A DNA stretch of 64,000 nt from Amoebophrya sp. A120 (Eukaryota; Protista; Dinoflagellata): positions 7,249,612-7,313,611 of the forward strand of contig CAJINV010000003.1 in NCBI GenBank assembly GCA_905178155.1, given 5' to 3'. The translations under genes and the position numbers were made by a program. Positions 23,901 to 35,900 of this stretch are shown here, piece by piece (positions within the stretch are counted from its first letter, which is position 1; every line of letters begins with the position of its first letter). The notes below the pieces were generated by a model, which was not told the origin of the DNA, ran no database searches, and worked only from the letters and a program-made list of their open reading frames with translations.

Positions 23901-26900
23901 CGCTGCCTGGTTGCCCGGTCGGTGAAGAAGATCCTGCCGCGGGTCCCAGAAAATCAGAAGCATTTGAAGAATCTGACGCGTTGCTCATGTTGCTGCCATT
24001 TGACGTATTTGACATATTCGACCCGAAGTGGTGCGTCAAAAGACGCAGGGCTGCGTCGGCATCATAGTCCTCGTCAAAGCGAATAGCAGAAGCAGCGCTA
24101 GGCTGAGCAAAATCTTCTTCCGCTAAAGCGTACGACCCGTCTTCATCTCCTTTTTGCAAATCCTCATAATTTGCAGCCGAAGCATCTTCTGATAAACGCC
24201 TCCCGTGAGCTGCAACCCCTCCTGGAGCACTGAGCAATTTAACCATGCCTTTCGCGCCCGGTACGACTTCAATCGGTCGATCAAACGCCACAAAGACCAA
24301 GCCCTCGGGCGAAATGAAGTTCGCCTCGGGCTTTGCCACGGGCGCGGCTGGGGCGGGGTGGCTGTCGCACGGACTGAGTCGCGGGGAGGCGCCAGGGCCA
24401 TGGAAATGCTGCGCCAGAAAAGCGCTGTTCAACTCCGCAATGATGCCCGTCGCTGCGGCACTGCGCGTTCCGTAGGCATCCGCAGCTACTTCTGGAACGA
24501 CGGACAGCGAAAACCTCCTCCCGTCTTGCATGTCAAGAGATGCATCCCCGAAGGGCGGCGGTGCGGTGAAGCCGGTCGCGATCAGTCGAATTCGCCCGTG
24601 CTGCGCGAGGGTGACATTGGTGACAGTCATCGCCCGATTGTCGCACGATTCGGGACGGCAGTCGAGATCAAAGCCACAGTCGGTCAAAGTGAACGACGAA
24701 GCAACCGCGTTCCCCGTCACCAAAAGCTGACTAACGTCGCGCGACAAACGCAATTCAAAGGCGAGCGTCGTGTTGTCACTGAGCATCATTTCCTCGACGG
24801 CGCGATCCCCGAACGCGAGTTCCGAAATGGAATCGTTAGCGAAGCGAAGACTGTAAAAGGCCTTGGTCTCGAACAGTGTGGGTTTGGGCGCCGCTTTTGC
24901 GAGGACACGGAAATAAATCTGTCGTCCAGCGTTGAAAACGCCCGCGCCCTTCTCCGGCAATCGCATGCGGATCATCTTTGCGTGGTGGTGGTCCGACACC
25001 TCAAACATTCCCCCCGCGTCCGCCATCGTTGCGAGTTCGGCATCCGTCCCGAAATCGAGTATTCGAACGTCTTGTGCCTCAAACAGCTGCGCCACACCGG
25101 CGGAAACCGTCCACTGCACCTGCTCCCGATGCGCGTGCGCAGAGCTGATAGTTGCGTTGCTACCTGGCGTCCATTCGCAGGGTGCGAGCTCATGCGGGTT
25201 ATGAGCGGTCTGGTTGATGGCACCCGAGAGCGCAAAGTCGTAGGTCGCGTTCACAAGGTTCATTTCGTTGTTCCCGGACGAATCAGTGACCAGCCCAGGC
25301 AAAATGGTGAGCTGCAACTTCCGCCGCAGAGGGTGTGGACCAGTAGCGGGGATCCGGATCTGAACAGCAAGGAGCCCGGGAATCGTGTCCGTAAACCGTG
25401 CGTCAGTGCCGTAACTCCCCAGAACACTGGCCATCGAGGCTCCTGGAACTTGGAGGGCGTTCGCCGTGTATCCCTTGTTGTACATGACACCCGTCACATG
25501 CGCGCTCACGTCCAGCATTTCGTTGTCGCACGCCGAATGGCAGTCCATATCCCAGCCGCAATCCGACAACTCGAAGAACTGCATCTCATTCACACCGTTC
25601 TTCTTCGAGATTTGATGGCTAAAGTAGACTGAAAACACAACGTGGTAGTTGCTGCCGGAAGGATCCAGAAGCTCCAGGGGACTGTCGATGTGAAATATCG
25701 GGTAGACTGGCATGCTGCGGGGCTGCGTTCCGCTCGGTGCAGTGTTGAATGTGTACTCGAGCGGCGGAGTCAGAGTGCTCAACAAACCCATCTTGTTGCC
25801 GTCCCGATCCTGTAAAAGGCCATAGCGCTCCGTGTGCAAGTGGTACGCTTTGCCAGGCTGCAGCTCAGTGAATTGGCTTTGCTGTGATGCAGCCCCGGTA
25901 GACGAGGAAGGGCCGGCAGTTTGGTTGGCTCCTGATGTCGTGTTGGCGCCGTAGAGAGTGAGCACGCTGGGGGTGAGGTACAGGTATTTGTCGGACAGAA
26001 AACGATGGAAGGGCTGGTCCTTCAGAATGGCTAGGTCCAAGGCGAAATCCGGTGGCATCGAATAGTTGGCACCACTGTGATGCGCCCTGATCTCGATCAC
26101 GCCCAGGTTGGCGAAGTCGATGGGTTCCGAGAACTTAAGGATCAGGTTCTCAGTTGCTGCAGAGACCCCCACAGCTCCGTGCGCCGGATGCGAACTTGCG
26201 GTGTCCAGAATGGGACCCTGAAGTGTCATCGGAGCCTTCGGAAACCATCCTACGGCACACTGGTCGCAAGTTGGTCCTGTGAATCCAGTTTCGCAGACGC
26301 AGTCTCCGTTCAGGTTGCAGGAGCCCTTGCCGTTGCAGGTGGTTTCTGCTTTGCAGTACTTGCTGCAGCTACCGGGCGGCGCAGGATAATAGTCGGGCTT
26401 GCACGTCTCGCACAGCGCGCCACTGCGCCAGGGCCAGCACTGACACTGGTTGCCAGAGCAGCTCTGCGTACCTCCGGCATCGCAGTTTACATCGCAAGTC
26501 ATGCTGCAGTTGCCGCTCGGAACACGGAAGTCTGCGCAGAATTCGCAGTTGGTGCCATTGAATCCGTCGAAGCAAGTACAGCTGCCGTCGCCCTGGTTCC
26601 CGTCGTTGCAGGTTCCGGACAGAACCGGGGTGGGCGCGAACGCTACGCCGTCGTGCATGTTCACCCGGTCGGCGTAACAACGACACTCGTTCTCGCACTT
26701 CGTACCCCACCAGTTCGGTTTGCAGTGGCAGGCTCCTGTCCACGGGTCCACCTGATGGGTGCCTGCCGGGCTGCACGCCGCGTCGTTTTCGCAGTATGCT
26801 CCCCAGAAATAATCTTCGCACTTGCAGCGAGGGTGGGTGACGTTGACCAATCGTTCCTCCGTTTCCTCATTGACCAGGGCGACCTGACCACTACTAGTGC

Positions 26901-29900
26901 CATTAGATTTAGAGCCATTAGTTCCATTTGTGCCATTAGCCGGCACACTCGTCGATTCCGTCACGTTCCGCATCTCTTCTCGCACAAAGGGGTGGTTGCA
27001 AACCCCCCGCTTGTTGCAGATAGCGATCGAATCGCACTGGCTGCAGTCCGCCCCCGTCCAGCCGTGATCGCACGTACAAGCCAAAATGTCTTGCGTCTGC
27101 CCGTTCACCTGTCGCTCGACGGCCCCGCACTGCCCGTGGCCCGAGCAGTGCTGTGTGGCGTTACAGAAAACGGAGCACGAATTTCCGTAGTAGTTCGCCG
27201 CGCATGTGTCACACAGCGCTCCGTTGAAGCCCTCCTTGCACTGGCAAGTGTTTTGTCCAGGCGCGGTGGTGGCATCGGAAGAGCAGGACAGCGTGTTGCG
27301 CGGGTCGCACGGAGTCTTTCCAACACAAACCGTATCGCAGTGCGGAAAATTGATGTACCCTGGCGCGCACTGATCGCACCTCGGTCCGGCAAATCCCGTC
27401 TTGCAGACGCAGGTCCCATCGGCGCGATCCCGTTGCGGGTGAAAGAGCCCGTCGTTGCAAAATGCCGTGCCGGCCTGGTGGCAATTGCAGTCGCGGTCGC
27501 AGTTGGCGCCGAACCGGTTTCGTGGGCACTGCACCTTGCAAATACCCGCGTAACTACCGTCGTTGGTACTATCACTGGCGCTGCAGCAGGCACCATCCTT
27601 CTCCGGATGGCATCGCCTGGAACACATGATGGTGGTCACCATGGACTCGTCGTTCGCCTTGGAGGCGTCATTGCCGCCGCCCGGATGCACCACAATGGGT
27701 AGCACCAACCGATGGGCCCCCGCGATGAAGCCATTCTGTGCAATGTGCACCTCTACGTGCCGCATTTCCTGCGTCAGATCAATGTTGGCCTGCAGGATCG
27801 CGATACCCGTACCCATGGTGGAATTGGCGAAGCTCTTCACCATGTCGGACGCGTGTTGCGCCACACTCACCACGTCGTTGTGATTCGCCAGATAGAACCC
27901 GCACTCGTTTCGAGGCTCGGTCAAATTTGTGAACACGGTCTCGAGGCTGGAACAGTGCCCCGCGGAAGTAGAGTCGTTGAAGCGCTTCATTTCCGGCCGC
28001 TCGCTAAATTGGCACTCGACCGCGCCGCAATCCTTGATGTGCACGTCCGCATCGGCGCCCACCGTTGTTTGCAGGGCTCTGTCAAAGTGCAGGAAGAAGA
28101 GCACAGTGGCCATGGTCGCGTTGCCAGAAGCTCCACTCGGACCGCTGTTGTGCTCGAAAACTCTGTAGTCAAAGAAAAGCATATGCGGCGCCCCGTTTCC
28201 GTCTGTAGGAGCTGGGTGGTGCTGGTTATTTGTGCTGAAGGTGTACATGGTTTCATTCGTGAACTCGTAGCCTGGCGTGGGTTGGTTCCAACCGACATAC
28301 TGCTTATTTCCGACAGCGTTCGCGTCGCGGATGACCGCCTGGGAAAAATCGAGAAAGTACGTGGAGTTTTCTTCCAACGCTTGCTGGAGTTCCTGCGACG
28401 CCAGGGAGAGACGTCGACCCGCGGCATTCCGGTATCCGCCTCCTGCGACGGAGTCGTAGGGCAGCGGCAACGCGATGCGAAAAACTTCGTTCGCAGGTTC
28501 CACTTCGACATCGGTGTAGTTCACAACCGGCTGCGGATTCACAAAATCCACATAACGCTTGTCAAAAACGGCAGTGTCGTTCGGCTGCTTCATCACTTTG
28601 ATAAAACCTGACACGGCAACAACTTCATGCGAAAACGTCAGAACGAGCGGGTCGTGAGGAGCGTGGTCCGATGTACCGTTTTTCGGCACGGAGTCATAAA
28701 CCAATAGCTCGAGCGGGTAGCTCGGCCGCGCGGATTCGTTCGCGGCACGTGTCTGCGTAAGATTTGTCTTCGGGTGGTAGGCAGACCGACACGCCGCACA
28801 GTTTCCTGGCCCGGAACAGGGCTGATCGGTACGCTTGAAGCCGTCCGCGCACTCGAGCACCATACTGGCGGCCGTCGCAACAGCTGACGAACCGCTGCTC
28901 GGGGCTGCAGAAAGCGCTCGCGGGGAAGATACTCCCGGTGTACTATCAGGTGACGAAAAACCCATGGCTACGGCAGGTGTTGTCAAATCGGCGTGAAGCT
29001 CGGAGCTCGAATCAACTAAGTGATCACTATCCCATGCGATCCGGGCGTCATCGTCCGCCAGGTGTGCCGGTGCGGCTTTCATGCCGAACGCCGCAAGGCG
29101 CTGCAGCAGTGCACTTGAAGAAGGTTTGCGCGCCGCGGGGAGCGGCGCGGCAGAAGATGCATCATCGGCGCTAAGACCGTCCGCGCGGAGGGCACGGCGG
29201 CCAGAACCTTTTGGCGTGGCGAGCACGTAATTTGGCGGCAAAGCTAGGTTACACTCCGCACCTGTGTATCCCTGTTTGCACACGCACGATCCCCCGGAGG
29301 TGCCCCGGATGCAATGTTCCGTTCCAACCGGGTCACACTTGCACTGGTTCTCACATCGGGTTCCGTAGAAGTTTGGCTCGCAGACGCACTCCAGTTGTCC
29401 GTTGCGCACTTGGCACTCGCCTTGGCCAGCTACGCAGTGCGGACACGTGGCGGCCGGCCGCGTGATGCCTCGGTTCGTGCTGGTCAGCAGGCAGCGGGTA
29501 TTGTCATAATTTCCGTGGAACAATTCGGCGCGAACCAGGGGCGTGTATGACAAGTTGTCGATGAGCTTTGTGCTCTCGTTTGCGAGCGGAAACACCGCGG
29601 GCGCGTACTCCGTGGCGAAGCTCTGGCCCTGGAGAAGATCGCCCGCAACCACAACCCCGAAAGACTCCCCCGACAAAGCCGATTTTGGGAAGACTTCGAG
29701 CGCCGCAGGGGTGCTGCCCCAGTGGGATTTGTGCATGCAAGGCTGTGGTCGAAGAGCAGGGGCCGCAGTCGTGCTAGTACCTCCGCCCGCCCCGCCCGCG
29801 GTGCAATAACTCTCGGCCTTCACCATGTTGATGACCACTTTGGCCTCGGTGGTTACGGTCGCCACACCGCTGTACCGCCCGACGCGCATGGCTTCGAACC

Positions 29901-32900
29901 GCTCCAAGTATGGAACAGCCGTTGTATTGCAGCGGATCCGGGTGTCCAACACCTCAGTCACCACGCAGGCGGACTTGGAGTTGGATGTCTCGTACGTACC
30001 GCGGTAGAAATACGTGAAGTTCGTTTCCAAGAAAACCGCGAAATTCGCAAGATCCAGCACCATGGTAGAGTCGGGGTTGATGGCCCGCCGCTGTTGCAGC
30101 GACATACCGGGGACCAGCGCTGGACCGGTGTGAACCACCGTCGCAGCAGCGGTAGACGAAGCAGGGGCGGTAGAAGAGTTCGTCGCATTCGACGTATTGG
30201 ACGTCCCGTTGCTTTGATTGCCACCGGCGCTGGGAGGACCCGCAGCAGACAGCTCGCGGCGCGACGCGCCATACATGAGTGCTCCAACGGCGTCAAAACT
30301 ATCGTCCTCGCTGGTCGTGACTTCTTCATCGTCTGATGTTAGCTGCCGATGCAATTGGCTTGACGAGGGCAATCCACCCAGAAAACCGTACCCCTCGATG
30401 GTGGTTTGCACACCGCCCGCCAGACCATGGAAATCGTCCGGGGTGACGCGTGTCACGTACATCGCGGTGTCAAGCTGCTCCCCGGTCAGCATGGCATAGC
30501 CGAATGGCTTCACCGAAATTTTCGGTGTGAGTAGGAAATCGCTCACGCCCCTGTACATTTCCGGATCCAGCACGTAGTGGTTGAACTGCGTGCGCAGGTT
30601 CGGGTCCTCCACATACGTGGGCGAGTCAAAGTCGCGGGAGAGCCGGCAGGTCAGTCGCGTCGATCTCACCTCCTTTATCAAGCAGTTGCGACTCACACGC
30701 GGCTGGCCGCTCATGGTTTCTACCAAATCCACCGTGATGTGCTCCGAGTAGTCGAACGCGGTGTCGTTTTGCGGATTCAACGAGCCCGGCAAGTCCAAAT
30801 ACCCCAGCCAGGCTGGCGAGAAGTCGAAGGTCAGAACGCCCGGAAACCCGACCGCGAGTTTCACGGGCGCGAGGCTTTCGACCCGGCTGGTCAGCGTCGG
30901 GTCAAATGTAAAAGTGAAGTCGTGGATGGTCTCGTGTAGAATCTTCAGACCCCGCTGCTCGCAGCTGTAGTGCGGGGCGGCATTGCACGCCACGGCGATG
31001 TAGGGCACACGGCAGTACAAATTATTCGGCAAGATGTGGTCCTTTTTGCTGAAGCTCGTGCCGTCGTAAAAGAGCGCGGCGCGCGTCACGTTGGTTGTGT
31101 TGTCGGCGGCAGGTCGGTCCGACTCTTCGAGCGTGATGTTCCACATGTCTTCCCGGTGCGTGGCGTTTGCGTTCCAGCCCAAGTGAATGTGGGCGCAGGT
31201 GATTCGCTGCAGGCCAAATCCAGTGAACTCGATTTCAGTGCCGCCTGCAAGGGACCCCGACGTCGGGTAAACGTTGTGCAGTTCCAACGCCACGTCCATC
31301 GTCAGGTTCTGGCTCATCGCGAACCCCTGACCACCGATGCTGATCTCCGGCTGCAGACCCCGTCCAACCGTTCCGTCCTGCAGCGTGCAGGTCACCTCAA
31401 AGCGGGTGGCGAATTGGAAATCCTTGAGCGGATGCACGATCGAAACGTTGGCGGACTGTTCTGCTCCGGCCGCTGATGCGCCGCCCCCGGCGCCGAGAAG
31501 CGCACGGAAGTTGTCGTCATTCTGGTCCGGACAGTTCTCAACGCAACGGTGCTGGGTCACGAGGCAGTCCGAGTTCCCGACCGTGATGTTGAAGTCGGAG
31601 GTGCGCAGCCCGTACACTGAAGCGTTCACGTTCGCAAAAAGCGGCTCACCCAGCAGACTAGTCCGCACGCTCCTACCACCGCTTCGCGTGATCACCACTG
31701 TGCCGTTCTCACCCATTCGCGTTGCCGCCGACCCCTCCCCGCGCGGCGCCATCAAATGTCCGTCCTGCGTAAAGACCACATCCTCCGCGACGACGGCCGG
31801 AACACGGTTCGTTTTCCGCATGGCCATGCTCGCCTCCGGAAGCAGCACGTTGGACAGCACAAACGTCAGCTCCGCACCGGCAGTGACTGTGACCGCCGAC
31901 GGACCGGAGAGCGCTGCTGATTTCGCGCCGGGCTGATTGTTTGCGTTATTAAGGACCATCACCGCCTCAACCTGTGGCGTGAAAGATTGCGAAAATTGAA
32001 AATCCGCACTCTGGATGTACTTCGATGCGGCCAGGATGTTGTTGCTCCGCATCTGTGCCTGTGGCACCGCGTGCGGCACTCGCAGCCAATCCGCAGGGAT
32101 GTACTCGTAGAAAAGCGAATTTCGGTTACCGCCCTCTTGGACCATGTAGAAGTTGATCTCGGCACCGGTCCCGCCCAACTCTGCGAAGTCACTCCCGGAA
32201 TACTCCGCATACAGGCGGCGGGGATCCACCGGGTCGTGGAAGGTATAGGGGTCGATGAAACGAATCCCGTACGAGAAGCCTTCCTCCGGGCGTTTTTCGT
32301 AGTCCGCGTTCCAGTCGGTACCAAGGTTGAAGACCTCGATCCGCGGAAAGATCTTCAGCAGCGCCTCCTGCACCTCGTAGCGCTTCACGTTGTAGGGCAG
32401 CGAAGTTGTGCAGCTCCGTGCCACCGTGGCGTTGGTTTTCGAAGAACCTCGGCAGAGCTTGAAGTTGCCGGACAGGGGTGCCGACTCTTCCTGCGACAGG
32501 GTAACGATACCCCGCGTGTAGGGCGTCTCGGCCGCCGTGGCGTTACGGGGCGGCACCATCTCAAAGGTTGCGTGTGTTGTCTGGCCGTACAGCCCGTGTG
32601 TGCCGCTTCCCAGAATGCAGTTGAAGGTGATTTCGAACCCGACCGCGAGTCCGGCACTGGTGGCCTGCGCCGCCGCAGCCGTGACGGTAGGCAAGCAGTC
32701 CTTGGTGTACTGGATCGTCGATCCGGCCGCTGATTTCGCTCCCCGCAGCGCCGTTTCCAACGTCGCGGTGTCCGCCTGGTCCACGCGGACTTTGTCGGTG
32801 AAGTACTCGGTGTGGCTCAGGTCGTGCGACACCTTCACCTTCACCGAGTAGAACTGCCCGGCATCCGACACGAGAAGCGCGTGCTTTTCCCGGTCGCGCC

Positions 32901-35900
32901 GGGCGGTCAGCGTCATCTTTTGCATCTCGTACAGGCCGCTGGTCTTGTAGAACGCCTCCTTCTCTGCTTCGGTGAAAATCTGGTGCCCCTCCGCCGTGTG
33001 TGTGTCGTTCGCGTAGGTTCCGTTCAGCCAGGGATCGTGCACCGCCACGCCGATCTGCAACCAATTGGCGCTCCAGTGGAACTCGTCGTTGTGGTAGATG
33101 CGCATGGGGTAGCCCGCAATGCTGGAGTTGTGTGCGTTTTGAAACTTCATGCGCGGGCTGCGCTGACGCACCGAGTGCGTGGTCAAGTCCGGGTGGCTGC
33201 ACGTGCTGCCCTCGACGCTCTCTCTCGCGGCCCCGTTGGCAGGCACAAAGGGATTGTTGCTCTCGCTGCAGTACACGTAGAAGGCGAAGGGGTCGTCGGG
33301 CCGCCATCGATCCACCCAGTGGACAATTTTCCCGACCTCCGTCCACAGATTTACGTTCGGCTCGCTCCCGGTGAAGTCAATCAGGACCTTCGCGGACAGT
33401 TCGGCCGCAGTGAAAAACTGGTACTCCGCGTCGGGGGAAAAGTAGGACGGCGGGACGAAAAAAGTTTCCAGGACCTGCTCGAACTCGTAGTAGCCAGACC
33501 AGTCCGCGGTTCGGTCGCGCCACTGGTCCTGCCAGGCCTGGTCCCATGTGTGCAGCTGGCGGCGGATCGGACCCCGCAACCAGGTACCCTTTTCCTGCCC
33601 GAAGGGCTCGGCAGAAACTGACTCGGCCGGGTTCTGGCTCACGAACTGGATCCGGTCCGCGTTCTCGTTCAAATTTACCGGGTTCATAAACACCTTGGAA
33701 ACACCAAGCAGCACGTCTTTGCGCAGGCCTTCCGCGTATGCGACGTTGGGGAACATATTGTCGCTGTTCACCCAGCTCGCGCGTTTCCCGAAGGTCTCTG
33801 TGTGGCCAGGATGAAGTCCGGAGTACAGTCGCCATTTCGTGCCGCGGCCGCCAAAGAATCCGTGCAACGGCAGTTGCGTGCGCAATCCACCCTGTTTGCT
33901 GGTGCTCGAAGCGCCGACGTCGAGGCAATCCTGTCTACAGGTCAGAGTGGTCTCAACGTCCGTCCAGGCGCCGCTGCTCTTTGTGACTGTAATCTGTTGA
34001 TGTTTCTTCAGCGAACTTGTCCACACGTGCCGATTGTCGTGGTACCCGGGCTCCTGCGCAAAGGTGGACCCGTCGGGGTTCACGTAGTGGCCCCCGTCGC
34101 AGTCCCGCTTGCCCTTGCAAATCCCCCCCGCGATTTCGTGCGCTTGACACAACCTCCTCCCATCCATTGCACACATACGCGCAGCGTCGTGAAAGGACAC
34201 TTTGTGGTTGCCGGGCGTGTAGCAATCCTTCGGCGTTAGTTTTTGCCAAGTGTTTTCAAAAGGCTCCGCGTTTTTGTTCACCGAATGGCAGAACTGCCCG
34301 TCTGTGTCGCAACACAAGACCGTGTAAAGCCGACCACTTTGCGCCGGATCCGCAGCTTCGTGCGGCGGCACCATGACTTGGTGGTCGGTGCCAAAATTGG
34401 GGTTGCCGTCGGTCAGTCGAGCCTTGGAGACGACAAGCGACACATTTACCGGTGATACGTGTGCCTGCATGTCGGAGGAAAGGCCTTGGCAGGAATTCTG
34501 CAACGGCACACCGCCGGACAGTGCGTGCTCCGTCACGTCCCACAGGATGGTCTTCGAAGAGGTCGTGGAAGAGCCCACCGAGACGCGTACCTCCGCGCAT
34601 CCCGTGATGTCGTCGGCGTGCGGAGGCAGCAACAGCGCCTCCTGCTGGCGCTGCGTGTCCAGCACCTGAGACAGTGACTGCTGGTAGTCCGCATACGCCG
34701 CCTGGCTGTTTGAACCCGAGAAGATCTTCGGGATGCGACACTCGAAATGCGTGGAATTGAATGCCTTGTCCGCAATGACGTGACACGGAATGTCGTTTCG
34801 CGGCCCCAAAAAAATCCGTGTGGTGTCCACGTTGAAACCGGTGCCCCGAATTTGCAGCACTGCGCCGCCAGTCGGACTCGCAAAGCGCGGACTGATCTCG
34901 TAAATCTCCGGGTACATAGCCATGTCGTAACTCACTGGCGGCAAGTTGCTCGGTCTGTCATCTTCAAAACGTCGTAGGTGCTGATCGAGTGAACTTTCCT
35001 CCACCCCAATGGTGAACAGCCCAAAAGGCCGCGGTTGGTCCGACTTCGTGTTGAGAAACTGAGCATGCCCGTACCCGTCGGGGCAGTCGGCCGCTGTTTG
35101 GCAAGTGCACTGCAGGTCCGAGCACTTCGCCACGTCGTTCAGCCCATTGGGGCGGACGAAGAGGGAGAACCGGCCCCAGCCCGGCTGCAACCACCCCTGG
35201 AGGCGACACGTGAGGCCGATCTTCTCGATCACCCTGTTGTTGTTCTGCAGGTTGTAGTCGTTCGTGTTTGCGAACCGGTTCGCTAGCAGCAGCTCGTCGG
35301 CGAGGCAGGTCGAACCCCCGACCCTTGTTTCCGTCTGCGACCAGGTCTTCGCGAGGATCTGCTGTCGTCGGTAGGTGGAAGAGCGGGCTCCGTACGACAA
35401 AAAGTCGCCGACGGCCAACCCGAAATGCGACACAAATTTCACCACCGGCGTTTGCTCGTATTCGTAGCGGAACACCACCGAGGGGTCCCGGACGCGTGCG
35501 TAGGTGCCACCGCCCGCGGCGTCCGAGATGATCAGCACTTCGAGCGTGACATTCATCGGCTCGGGCACCCGCGGGGTGATGCAGATCAGCTCGGACTGCG
35601 TGCTCATGGGAAGCATCACTGGGCAGGCGTATTGTCCCAAATAGACCGTTTGCTGCGAGTAGAGGTTGATTCGGTTTGGATCTAGAAACCCGTCCCCGGT
35701 GATGCGCAGCTGCAGGCCCCCCTCGAGACTACCCCGTTTCGGGAAGAAGTCGTTGACCTTCGCAGCATGCGTGAACAGACTTGCACCAGTGCACACCGCG
35801 AAAAACAGCTGAAGAGCACGCGACAGCAAGGTTCGAACTGAACTTTTTTCGCTAGAAGTAGCGCTCCTTGTTCCGTGCGTTGGGGAGACTGAAAGAAAAG

